Below, one piece after another: positions 21,944 through 32,271 of a stretch of 40,745 nt of DNA. Location: contig JBMFIG010000012.1 of the NCBI GenBank assembly GCA_049976425.1, positions 1-40,745 on the forward strand, given 5' to 3'. The DNA comes from Thermoproteus sp. GTDB taxonomy: Archaea > Thermoproteota > Thermoprotei > Thermoproteales > Thermoproteaceae. Numbering within the stretch: position 1 is the first letter of the stretch; each line of letters starts with the position of its first letter. The notes beneath the pieces are model-generated. The model saw only the letters and a program-made list of their open reading frames with translations. It searched no databases and was not told the DNA's origin. The position numbers and the translations under genes are program-made.

Positions 21944-22291
21944 TCAAGCCAGTTGCCGCACCGACTCCCTCCTCCCGCTCTTGGCCTCCTCCGCTATCTT
22001 GATAACCCTCCACATCTCTTCCTCGATCATCTTGGCGGCCGCCTCGGGATCCTCGCCCGTGGAGGCCGCTAGCTCTCTGGCCATCTGCTTCCACATCTCC
22101 ATGCTCTCCCTCAACGTGGATAGGTCCACCTTCGCTATTATGACCCCTGCGTGGACCATCACGAGATCGCCGGGCTGTAGCGCCCCCTCGTCGATGCCCA
22201 CAATTGCCGGCCTCTCCACGCCGTCTCCTGGATCGACCCAAGCCACGCCTCCCTCTATCTTGGTCACCACCGAGGGGACAGCCCAGCACAT
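21944..22291 (-). CDS. hypC: Hydrogenase maturation chaperone HypC/HupF
   Basis: N-terminal MCWAVP (MCxxxP) and GDLVMVHAG; directly downstream of hypD. Confidence 0.92.
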   Translation of the reverse strand: MCWAVPSVVTKIEGGVAWVDPGDGVERPAIVGIDEGALQPGDLVMVHAGVIIAKVDLSTLRESMEMWKQMARELAASTGEDPEAAAKMIEEEMWRVIKIAEEAKSGRRESVRQLA

Positions 22292-22293
22292 GG

Positions 22294-23573
22294 CTACAAC
22301 GCCCCGACCTCTCTGGCTATCTCCTCCGCGAGGCCCCCGCCGCCGAATCTAGCCCATATAGCGCATGTGCCCTCTACAGACACCATGCACGGGCCTATGG
22401 GCCTATCCGGGGTACACGCCTTCATGAAGAGGGGGCAGTCGGTGGGCTTGGCCTTGCCTAGGTTAACCTCGGCGCATCTGCAGTTGGCCGGGAGGTCGTA
22501 GCGCCAGGTCTCCGGCGTTAGGTCGGGTATGCCGAAATACTCGAGGGCGTCGTGCGACCTGAACTCGTCCCTCAAGGCGAGTCCGCTCTTGGGGATGTAC
22601 CCTATCCCTCTCCAGGCGGAGTCCACGGTCTCGAACACGGTACGTATAGAGGACTGCGCTTTTAAGTCCCCCTCCCAAGTGACCGCCCTTGTGTATTCAA
22701 CTACCACCTTGTGCTCCCCTCTGGCCAACTGCCTCAATATCTCGGCTATGGCCATGAGGACGTCGTTGGGCTCGAAGCCGGCCACAACAACCGGTATCTC
22801 GAACTGCTCCGCCACGGGCCGCCAGGCCTTGCCCCCCACGATGGTGGACACATGGCCGGGCGCTATCACGCCGCTTATGGGGAAATCCGTCGGCTTCTCC
22901 CTCACCACCTCCAACGTGTAGAACATGGCTGGGGGCGTCAGCTTGACGAGCGACATGAGCTTGAGGTGGCCCGGGACGAGGCCCTTGAGTATGGCCTCGG
23001 AGTACCCGGGCGCCACCGTCTCGAAGCCTATCCCGACGAAGACCGACGGCTTGTTGTGCCTCTTCGCGTCCATGATGGCGTGGAGGAAGGAGTGGACTAT
23101 CCTGACGTCTCCCCCAACGCCCTCGCCTCCGCCAACGTGCGCGCCCCCTTGACGGGCCTCAAAGCGGGGACCTTAAAGACGTCGCCGTAGGTGTATACTA
23201 CGACGCCCTCCAGCGCTAGTTTTATGGACTGCTCTATGTAATACGACGGCGTCACGCAGACGGGGCAGCCGGGCCCCGCCACGAGCTCCACGTTGTCCAC
23301 CCCTGCCTTGCCCAAGAGGCTCCTCAAGCCGAAGTGGACTATGGTCCACTCGTGCGTACCGCAGAAGTCCATCACCTTGTAGACGTAGTCCCTATCCCTC
23401 GTCTTGAGCTCCTCGGAGTATTTCTTTATGCTACGGAGGAGCGTCGAGGTGACGGCGGTCTTGCGCCGGAAGGCGAGCTCTATAGCCGCCATCTCCCGCC
23501 TCATCACGGGGCACTTCCAGCAGTCCAAGGTAGGCGGCACGGGGAAGCTCTCGGGAAGCGAGACGCACGACAC
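22294..23573 (-). pseudogene. hypD: Hydrogenase maturation protein HypD, frameshifted in a G5 run at 23111-23115
   Basis: CGTH and GPGCPVC in the 5' ORF; GFETVAP, PGHVS and C-terminal CxC...CP...C...GPCMVS-EG-C in the 3' ORF. One extra G gives ALGGDVRIVHS. Confidence 0.9.
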
Positions 23574-23636
23574 GGATCCGTTGGCGGTGTTGTACTAAAA
23601 AACCGTTTTCATTTTGGTGAAAAATCGAGGCCTCCT

Positions 23637-24704
23637 CTAGGTCTTAGGTATAGATATGGTTATATTATTTGACTTTATTTTAAATTTATATATTATAATA
23701 GATGTAATCCATGTTACTGCGAATATAGAGACTATTATTATCCCTATATTGCCCCACCACACGTCTCCGTTCACGGCGGCTATCCAGTTCCAGAACGGCC
23801 CGGAGAGGTCGAGCTCGCTCTGGACAAGGCCCAGGAGCTCGAGCGTCCCGACCACCCACGCGACCATCACCGAGATTATAGTGGTCGTGAGGTTGTACCA
23901 CACCTTCCTCAACGGATCGCTGAAGGCCCAGCCGTAGGCCGACGACATGAAGAAGCCGTCTGTTGTGTCCACCAACGCCATCCCAGCGGTGAAGAGGAAC
24001 GGGAAGACGAGCAACATATATAGGCATCCTTATGGTGGCCGACGCGATTGCCGATATGGCCAAAAGCGCCGTCTCAGACGCCGTGTCGAAGCCCAGCCCG
24101 AAGAGGAAACCTATGGGGTAGAGATACCACTGCTTGTCGACTATCTTGAACAGCTTGCCGAAATATCTGCCCATGAAGCCTCTCTTCAGCAAAAGCTCGT
24201 TGAGCTTAGCCTCCTCTAGCTCCCCGCTCCTCATGCGCTTGAATATCTCGTATATCTCAAAGAAGACCAAGAAATTGAGGAGCCCGATTATGTATAGGAA
24301 CCCTCCGCTCACCAAGGTGCCCACCACGGAGCCCACGTTCTCGAGCTCGGGTATGGCGGAGGTCACGGCCCTTACGCTGAACATCAGAGCGACGGCGAGG
24401 AGCACGACCACCGTGGAGTGCCCCAGCGAGAAGAACAGGCCGGTGAACCTGGCGTCTTTCCCCTCCTGCACCAGCTTCCTCGTGCTGTTGTCTATGGCTG
24501 CGAGGTGGTCGGCGTCGAGGGCGTGTCTGAGGCCGAACATATAGGCCAGGACGCCGAGCGCGAATATCGTCATGGGATGTCCCTTGTACTTCACGGTCCC
24601 CACAAGGGACGCAAGGCCGTTCAGCCACAGAATCAGAGCCGCGGTTACCGCCGCTATTGCAACGTAAAACAATACGATTTGCCAGATCTTCTTGGGGCCG
24701 CCAC
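23637..24704 (-). pseudogene. hoxN: HoxN/NixA (NiCoT) nickel/cobalt permease, frameshifted
   Basis: GLRHALDADHLAAID, FSLGHSTVV, FGLGFDTASE, LFTAGM-LVD--DG. Clear shift in an (AT)n tract at 24016-24022; probable second shift in a C4 run at 24694-24697 after a GTG start. Confidence 0.88.
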
Positions 24705-24830
24705 GGACCTACCCCGATATATTGTATGTTATTAATAAATCTTGCTTTCAGTATTACGGAAAACGATTACAATGGACCGATCAGGTGGGGCACAGATAGC
24801 CTTTGCGTAAGCCGCGAATCCAGATCGGGG

Positions 24831-25586
24831 CTAGAACAGTATTGCCCTATGTTCCCTCAGTATCTTGGGCCTCACCTCGTACACCTTCTCTATCACCTCC
24901 TCGGCGAATACCTCCTCGGCGGGGCCTATGGCGTATATCTCGCCGTTTTTCATAAACACGGCGTAGTCCGCATACCTATAGGCCATGTTCAAGTCGTGCA
25001 GAACGGCGACGACGGTGGCTCTGCGGGATATCTCCTTGAGCAGATCCATGACCTTTATCTGGTTCTTGACGTCTAGGTTGTTGAGAGGCTCGTCGAGGAG
25101 GAGGACTCTCGGCTCCACCGCCAGCGCTCTGGCTATGAGCACAAGCTGTAGCTCGCCGCCGCTCAACTCCTCCAGGAACCTGTCTCTCAGGTGGAGGGCG
25201 CCCACGAGCTTGAGAGCCTCCTCGGCCTTCTGGTAGTCCGCCTTGGAGGGGTAGAGCCCCATGAGAGGCCTCCGCGAGCTCACCACAAGATCTATCGCCC
25301 TAAGCCTCCCAAAGGGGGCGGCTCTTTGGGGGACGTAGCCGAGGACTCTGCGTAGCTCCCTCTCGGCGGCGGCTTTCCCGTCTAGATACACCACGCCCCT
25401 CCTAGCCTTTAGGACGCCGGCCATCAGACGGAGCAGGGTGGTCTTCCCGGAGCCGTTGGGGCCCAAGACGGCCGTCAGAGAGCCCGCCGGTATCTCGGCC
25501 GTTATCCCCCTGAGGACAGGCCTCCCGGGGTAGGAGAACTCCAGCCCCTCCACCCTAATCCTCACGCCCTGCCCCGCCCTCACCAC
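24831..25586 (-). CDS. ABC transporter ATP-binding subunit (FepC/BtuD family)
   Basis: GPNGSGKT, LSGGE, LLLDEP, LHDLN; start taken at the GTG overlapping the permease stop. Confidence 0.92.
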   Translation of the reverse strand: MVRAGQGVRIRVEGLEFSYPGRPVLRGITAEIPAGSLTAVLGPNGSGKTTLLRLMAGVLKARRGVVYLDGKAAAERELRRVLGYVPQRAAPFGRLRAIDLVVSSRRPLMGLYPSKADYQKAEEALKLVGALHLRDRFLEELSGGELQLVLIARALAVEPRVLLLDEPLNNLDVKNQIKVMDLLKEISRRATVVAVLHDLNMAYRYADYAVFMKNGEIYAIGPAEEVFAEEVIEKVYEVRPKILREHRAILF

Positions 25587-26596
25587 GCCTCTCCCCTCTT
25601 CCTCGCCTGCAACAACAACGCGATTATCCAGAGGGAGCCTATGAAAGACATGGTTATCCCTACCGGGATGATGACGGGGGGCTTCACGAGCCTCCCAGCC
25701 ACGTCTGCGGCCAGCAGAAGCCAAGAGCCGGTTAGGGCAGAGGCCGGGAACAACGCCTTGTGATCCCCGCCGATAGCCAGCCTGGCCATATTCGGCGCCG
25801 CCAGCCCGACGAACCCTATGACCCCCGTGAAGCTGACGAGGACCGCGACCGAGGCGCTGGAGGCCAGCAGGGTCTCCAGCCTAAGCCTCCTGGGGTTCAC
25901 CCCGGAGGCCTTGGCTATCTCGTCGCCCGCCGCCATCAAGTTGTAGTCTACAGAGCGGAGCCAGAAATACGCCAGCGTGGCGGCCGACACGGCCAGCAAC
26001 AGGTAGCTCTCCTCTAGGCTGGGCCTCCCCACGTCGCCGAAAGTCCAGAAGACGACGGCCGCCGTCTGTAGGTCGTTGAGGAATAGGTACTGTAGTAGGG
26101 CCAGCGCCGCTTGGTATATCGAGGACACTGCTATCATGGCCAGTATTATAGCCGATAGGGAGAAGCCCCCCATGGAGGCCAACAACAGTACCAGAAGCGC
26201 GTCGCTGAAGGCCGCCGCGAAGGCCATCGAGATCATGAAATAGGGATTCGACACTGCTATGAAGTCTCTATATACGGCCCCGGCTCCCCCCAGGAATAGG
26301 GCCAGCGCAACGCCGACGGCAGCGGCTTGAGGTATGCCGAGAGTGAAGGGGGAGGCCAGCGGATTCCTAAGCGCAGACTGCAGAGCGGCCCCCGCCGCGG
26401 CCAGCGCCGCGCCCACGGCCACGGCCGTCACGGCTCTGGCCAGCCTTATCCTGGCAATGAGGCCCTCGGGTCCCTGCGAGGCGGCCGATGCCAGTACGTC
26501 TAGAGGGGACATATGGACTATCCCTATCGCTAGGGAGTAGAAAAACAGGAGTATTAGGGCTGTTGCGGAAGCCGCTAGGTATAGGCCTACCCGCAT
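25580..26596 (-). CDS. ABC transporter permease (FecCD/BtuC family)
   Basis: IRLAR, LQ--LRNPLASP-TLG, GVIGFVGL-AP, IPVG. Confidence 0.93.
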   Translation of the reverse strand: MRVGLYLAASATALILLFFYSLAIGIVHMSPLDVLASAASQGPEGLIARIRLARAVTAVAVGAALAAAGAALQSALRNPLASPFTLGIPQAAAVGVALALFLGGAGAVYRDFIAVSNPYFMISMAFAAAFSDALLVLLLASMGGFSLSAIILAMIAVSSIYQAALALLQYLFLNDLQTAAVVFWTFGDVGRPSLEESYLLLAVSAATLAYFWLRSVDYNLMAAGDEIAKASGVNPRRLRLETLLASSASVAVLVSFTGVIGFVGLAAPNMARLAIGGDHKALFPASALTGSWLLLAADVAGRLVKPPVIIPVGITMSFIGSLWIIALLLQARKRGEAW

Positions 26597-27831
26597 GGGA
26601 AGCTGAGCTGTCTGAAGCCCCCTCCGAAGTCTTTAGCTATTTTCTGGTAGAGGGGCATTCCCAGAAACTCCGTATATATCTCGTCGGCCATCTTGGCCGG
26701 ATCGACGTCGGCGAAGCGGTCGGGATACAGCACCTTGCCCATGTAGTAAGCGTCGGCGAATATAGTTGCTATATTCGGCCCGAAGTAGTCAACCATCAAG
26801 ATCCCGTACACCTTGCCTTGCTTAAACGCTTTGAGAGAGCAGTATAGATCCTTGGATTTGTTGAAGTCCTGCGTCACAAATGGGTAGTTTGACAGATCTA
26901 TGAACACGACGTCGGGCTGCTCCTGGAGGAGGACCTCCCAGCTTATCTGGCCGACGGTCTTGATGTTGTACTTGTCGGCGATGCTGGGCGTGTTGAGTAG
27001 GACTAGCGGCAAGAAGTAGGACTGTGTGCTGGTGAAGGGCTGTCCGCCTCTAGCCGATATAGCGCCGACGTATACCTTAGGCCTATTTGTCACGTTCGCT
27101 GTACGTCTCTCGAGGTCTTTCATCAGCGATTGCATGTACGCGATTAGCTGGCGGGCTCTCTGTTCTCTATCCAAGATCTGGCCCAATATCTTCAACGAGT
27201 AGAACAGTTCCGTGAAGTTTACGGTGCCCGCGGTGCCCCAGTAAGACACGACCACCACAGGGATGCCGGTCCTTCTCTGCACCTCGTCCGGCGTGTTCGC
27301 GAGAGTCGGCGTCATTATTATCACGTCGGGTCTCGCCTCGATAATAGCCTCGAAGTTGACGGGGCTGTCGGGCCCTCCCTGGCCGATGACAGGGAGATCC
27401 GTGAGGTTTTTAGCCCACAACACGTAGCCGTAGTCCCTCCCTTGAGGAGGCCTTTTCTCTTTATACTCTATCCCCACCAATTTATCTGTTGCATTGAGGT
27501 ATACGATTAGGCGAAGCGCCCCCGGACCTATGGCCACCACTCTCTTGACTGGTAACTTAATCCGTACCTCCCTCCCCAGGGCATCTCTGATAGTTATATA
27601 CTGGGGCGATGTGGTCGTAGACTGCGGAGATGTCGAGCTCTGAACCGGCACGATACTCGCCGTCTGCTGGACCGAGGTTTCAGACGGAGTTGGCTGAGAC
27701 GCGGCAGTTGGAGAGGGAGCTTGCTGTGGCGTGGCGGCCGGGAGTTGGGGCTTTAATGAAGTAAATACAACTGCCAATACCGTCACGACCGCTACGATTC
27801 CAATCGCTAAGAATAACCACTTCTGCGACAT
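26587..27831 (-). CDS. ABC transporter substrate-binding protein (iron-chelate/cobalamin class)
   Basis: N-terminal membrane anchor, Ser/Thr/Pro/Gln linker, DALGREV, KRVV, EAII--RPDVII, YPDRF. Confidence 0.9.
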   Translation of the reverse strand: MSQKWLFLAIGIVAVVTVLAVVFTSLKPQLPAATPQQAPSPTAASQPTPSETSVQQTASIVPVQSSTSPQSTTTSPQYITIRDALGREVRIKLPVKRVVAIGPGALRLIVYLNATDKLVGIEYKEKRPPQGRDYGYVLWAKNLTDLPVIGQGGPDSPVNFEAIIEARPDVIIMTPTLANTPDEVQRRTGIPVVVVSYWGTAGTVNFTELFYSLKILGQILDREQRARQLIAYMQSLMKDLERRTANVTNRPKVYVGAISARGGQPFTSTQSYFLPLVLLNTPSIADKYNIKTVGQISWEVLLQEQPDVVFIDLSNYPFVTQDFNKSKDLYCSLKAFKQGKVYGILMVDYFGPNIATIFADAYYMGKVLYPDRFADVDPAKMADEIYTEFLGMPLYQKIAKDFGGGFRQLSFPCG

Positions 27832-28165
27832 AGTAAGGGAGTAGGAGAAATTATTTAACCATTTTCTCTAAATAAAACTATATAATTATTTCATATTTCA
27901 CATAGAAAAATTTATTAGACATATACAGGAATTTCTTGATAAACTTCTACATATACAGAATGTTTTATAATCTCATGTAAAACATATAAAACTACTTATG
28001 ATTTAATTTTTTATGATTCTATTTATTTGATAACAAGTAAATCTTTTATGAGGGGTCTATGGGCTCTACGTTCCGGCGTTGCTTGTTATCCTCTTTATGC
28101 TTCATGAAGAAGCTAGCGTTGGCGGCCTGAATGCGTCGGAAGGGCCCAAGCCGCCGTCACAGAGA

Positions 28166-28909
28166 TTAAGAAGTAGCACGTAGATCTATGGCGTATGGGA
28201 AGCCTAGATCTTTACGTATAGCCAGGGAGATATAGCCGCCTTGTTTGAGATGGTCAACGGTTTTGCCTATATCAAGCTTCATGGAGGCGAGGATATGTAT
28301 CTTGGTCCCCCTAGCCAGCTCGGGGTGGATGCCGGCCGTGGATCCTGTCAATATATTAAGGCCGTTGGAGAGCTCGAGGACTCTGTCGAGGGTGAAGTTG
28401 AGGAGCGTCACCCCCGTGATCACTAGGACCTTGCAACGGGGGAGCAAGAGCTCCTCCTCCACATCGGAGTAGGCGCGCCACCTCAACTCCCTCGACCTCT
28501 CGAAGACTAGGACCTCCCGCCCCTCTCTCCTCAGCCTCTCCGCCAAGGGGCCTATGTTGCCCACGAGACATATCGGCTCGTCCCTCAGATATAGATCCAG
28601 AGAGCCCGGAGGCGAGTCTAGATGGTACTGCGACACCGCGTTGAGCATGGCGACACCCAACACTCTGTTCAGGGGGTTGAGATCCACGACGAACTCCGGC
28701 ATCTCCTCCAGCCTAGGGCGCCTTACCTCGCCCAGCTCGTGGAGATCCTCGTGCGGGATGTGGGCGAAGCCGAGCGCCCTCCCCCGCGGCCCCTCGACGA
28801 CTACGTACCCGCCTCTGAGGCAGAGGCAGTAGTCCGCTATCTTGAGCCCCTCCGCCATCCCCGCCGCCCTCTCGGCGAAGAGCCTCACCAAAGGCCGTCT
28901 AGACGCCAC
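28166..28909 (-). CDS. DUF364-family Rossmann-like protein (putative metal/cofactor handling)
   Basis: LGVAMLNAVSQ, LVGNIGP, VFER, ITGVTLLNFTLDRVL, LTGST. Confidence 0.8.
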   Translation of the reverse strand: MASRRPLVRLFAERAAGMAEGLKIADYCLCLRGGYVVVEGPRGRALGFAHIPHEDLHELGEVRRPRLEEMPEFVVDLNPLNRVLGVAMLNAVSQYHLDSPPGSLDLYLRDEPICLVGNIGPLAERLRREGREVLVFERSRELRWRAYSDVEEELLLPRCKVLVITGVTLLNFTLDRVLELSNGLNILTGSTAGIHPELARGTKIHILASMKLDIGKTVDHLKQGGYISLAIRKDLGFPYAIDLRATS

Positions 28910-29011
28910 GGCCCACGTCGCGGAGCGCCTTATAAGTATTCTGTCATTCGTATTAAGGTAACACGGAGATCGCAGGGGGCAACGGCTTAATAATTACATC
29001 GGCAGGAGTCT

Positions 29012-31249
29012 GTGGACGCGTTTAGGATATACGCCGTCGGCATAGTCCAGAGGGTCGGCTTTAGGCCGTACGTGAAGATGCTGGCCGACAGCCTAGGCGT
29101 GAGGGGCTACGTGAAGAACCTAGGAGGCGGCGAGGTGGAGATATTCGTCGAGGGGGAGAGAGCCCGGGAGTTCGTAGACGCCCTTAGAGAGAGGAGGCCG
29201 AGGGCCATAGTGCTGGAGGAGCTGGTGGTGGAGAGAGCCGAGCCGCGGGGCTACACGGCCCTCGAGATACTGAAAAGCGGCGAGGAGGCGCGGGCCCCCT
29301 CGAACATACCGCCCGACATGGCCATATGCGACGAGTGCCTTCGGGAGGTCCTCGAGGGGGGACGAGAGGAGGCGGGGATACTACTTCAACTCCTGTAGCT
29401 TCTGCGGCCCCCGCTTCTCGGTGATAAGGAGGCTCCCCTACGACGGGGAGAACACGAGCTGGGCGGCCTTCCCCATGTGCCCCCGCTACAGGGAGGAGTA
29501 CTCCACGCCGTCGGTGGGGGGCCTGCGCCGGTATTTCTACCAAGGCATATCGTGCAAGCGCGACGGGCCGCGGGTGAGGCTTCTGGAGCCCTCCGGCAGG
29601 GCCGTCGACGCCGACGACCCGGTGCTCAAAGCGGCCGAGCTCGTGTCGAGGGGATTCATAGTGGCGGTGAAAGGCGTCGGCGGGTACCACATATTCGCCA
29701 AGGCGAGCGACGACTCTGTCGTGGCGGAGCTGAGGCGGAGGAAGAGGAGACCCAGCCAGCCCTTCGCCGTCATGGCGCTCGACCTAGAGACGGCGAGGCG
29801 TTTGGTCGAGGTCGACGAGAGCTCGGCGGAGCTCTTGGCCTCTCCCCAAAGGCCCATAGTCCTCCTCCCCAAGAGGAAGGACTCCCCGGCGTCCCCCCCG
29901 TCTCCCCCGGCCTCGATAGGGAGGGGGTCTTCCTCCCCTACACAGCCCTCCAGTACATCCTCTTGTCAAACATAAAAGACAAGTTCGCGATAGCCACCAG
30001 CGGCAACATACACGGGGAGCCTATGTGCACCACTCTGAAATGCGTCTTGGAGAGGCTGAGGAGCGTGGTGGACTTCGTCCTAGACCACGACCTAGAGATC
30101 GTGCACAGAGTAGACGACAGCGTGGTGAGGTTCACAAACGGCGTGGCGACGTTCATCCGCCGGTCCCGCGGCTACGCCCCGGCCTGGATCAAGATGCCGA
30201 GGAGGCTCGGAAAGCCGGCGGTGGCCTTCGGCGCCGATCTGCAGACGGCGGGCGCCGTGGCCTTCAACGACAAGGCCGTCTTGACGCAGTACATCGGCGA
30301 CCTCGACAGCTTCCAGGCGCTGGAGGAGCTGGACAGAGAGCTTAGGTGGTTCGCCGACGTCTATAGGCTAAGGGACTTCGTCTTGGTCTGCGATAAAAAC
30401 CCGGCCTACAACAGCGTGAGGCTGTGTAGAGAGTGGGGGGAGGAGCTCGGCGCTGAGGTACGCCAAGTCCAGCACCACCACGCCCACGCGCTCGCCGCCG
30501 CCGACGGAGGCGTCGATGAGCCCTTCGTGGCTGTTGTTATAGACGGAGCGGGGTACGGCGAGGACGGCGCGGCGTGGGGCGGGGAGGTGCTCTACGTCGA
30601 GGGGACGCGCTACGTGAGGGAGAGACACCTTCCCTACGTCCCCATGCCCGGCGGCGATCTGGCGGTCCTCCGCCCGGCGAGGATGGCCGCGGCGTACTTC
30701 CACAAAGCCCTCGGCGAGATCCCGCGGGGCCTGGCGCTCTACCTACCAGGCGGCGAGGCCGAGCTGGCCCTCGTGGAGAAAGAGTTGAAGAGCCCCAGGG
30801 CGTGGACATCCAGCGCGGGTAGGTTTCTGGACGCAGTCGCCGCGGCGCTCGGAGTAGCTTGGGAGAGGACATACGAGGGGGAGCCCGCCATAAGACTCGA
30901 AGCCGCCGCGCGCGGAGGCAGTGGCCTGCAGTTCCACGCGGAGGATCAGGTGGAGCTTTTCGCAGAGGCTGTGGAGGCGGCGAGGAGAGGCGCCTCGGTG
31001 AGAGATGTGGCATACGGCGTACAGCTGAGGCTCGGCCAGATACTGGGGACCTGGGCCTGCGACGCCGCGGCCAAGAGAGGCGCCGGCGTGGCGGCCGTCT
31101 CCGGAGGAGCCGCTGTAAACGACATCATCTTAAGGGGTATAGCGGAGGAGGTTTCCCGTTGCGGGTTGCGCCTTGTCCAGCACAGGAGAGCCCCGCCGGG
31201 CGACGGGGGGATAGCCCTCGGCCAGGTCTACTACGCCACCTACCTCTAG
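29012..31249 (+). pseudogene. hypF: Carbamoyltransferase HypF, split by two frameshifts
   Basis: Acylphosphatase GIVQRVGFRP, Zn fingers, KGVGGYH, TSGN, QHHHAH, DGAGYGEDG--WGGE, SAGRFLDA, PGDGGIALGQ. Shifts at G6 (29356-29361) and C7 (29893-29899). Confidence 0.92.
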
Positions 31250-32013
31250 CCGGAGGCCCTTGGCTCCACCTGCTCCGCCGGGCTCACGATGTCTATACCC
31301 AAAGATCTGGCCAGGGCGCGTACAAAGTCGGGGTTCTTGTCGTGTATAAACGGCGACACTAGAATCACTCTCTCAACCCTCCTCCCAGACACCTTTTCAT
31401 ACAGCTCCGCCTTCCTCTTTACATATGGCAAATCGCCGCGCCTAACCGCCGAGGCGATCTCCACCACCACGACGACCCCGTCCCTCATCACCACGTCAAG
31501 CTCCAGCTCGCTCGGGTATCCGTAGACCTGGCCTTTCTCGTCGAAGTACGTCCACCGCTCCACCACGTAGCCAGCCTCCCTAAACAACTCCCTAACCCCC
31601 TCCCTAAAAGCCTCCTCACTCCACACACCCCACCTAGCCCCCAGGGCCATAATCTGAATAGACAACTTCCTAATCTCAGCCCGCAACTCCTCCTTAGTGG
31701 CCAGCGCCTTCAAATCCTCCTTTGTGGCCATTCTGCTTTCTACCTCTTCTAGCCTTTTCTCTAATTTCTGTAGCTCCTCTTTTGCGGCTAGTTGTTTTAG
31801 ATCGTCCTTTGTCGCCATTGTGTTTCTAATCTCCTCTAGCTCTCTTTTGGTTGCCATGTTGTTCTTAATCTCCTCTACTTCTCTCAATAGCCTTTCCCAG
31901 GGTAGTAGCTTGGCGAGTGCTTCGTACACAATGTGAGGCCTCGCGGTTAGGACTTCCACTAAAATCTCCGGATGCTCCAGCAAAACACGCCGCACCTCCT
32001 CAGCAATGGACAC
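31246..32013 (-). CDS. paREP-type coiled-coil PD-(D/E)XK-like protein (DUF3782/DUF1626-like)
   Basis: MATKxDL repeats, ALGARWG, EEAFREG, ELDVV...VEI, KAELYEKV-G; start GTG 32013 (or ATG 32028) after a TTTATA box. Confidence 0.85.
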   Translation of the reverse strand: MSIAEEVRRVLLEHPEILVEVLTARPHIVYEALAKLLPWERLLREVEEIKNNMATKRELEEIRNTMATKDDLKQLAAKEELQKLEKRLEEVESRMATKEDLKALATKEELRAEIRKLSIQIMALGARWGVWSEEAFREGVRELFREAGYVVERWTYFDEKGQVYGYPSELELDVVMRDGVVVVVEIASAVRRGDLPYVKRKAELYEKVSGRRVERVILVSPFIHDKNPDFVRALARSLGIDIVSPAEQVEPRASG

Positions 32014-32271
32014 AGATACGTACGACATGGAAGTATAAATACTATATTTAGGACTCCCCTCTCCCTTCTTCCGAGCGACTGAGGCCATCTCGCGTCCACT
32101 GCTTGACGCGTACTTTCTACTATCCGGACGTCTTGAGATCCTCCGACGCCTCGCCGGGACTTATTGAGTGAGGCTACATCTCTGACAACGGCGGCTACAA
32201 ACCTCGCCCTTCAGATCAGAGAGAAGATCGGCCGCGTATAGGCGCGGCTCCTGCGGGCGTAGCTGAAAACC

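Noticed and set aside
28937-28966. NikR-like operator (GTATT...AACAC) between DUF364 and hypF, with a loosely similar site upstream of hoxN
   Set aside because: Half-sites are degenerate and spacing differs between the two sites; not supportable without a motif search.
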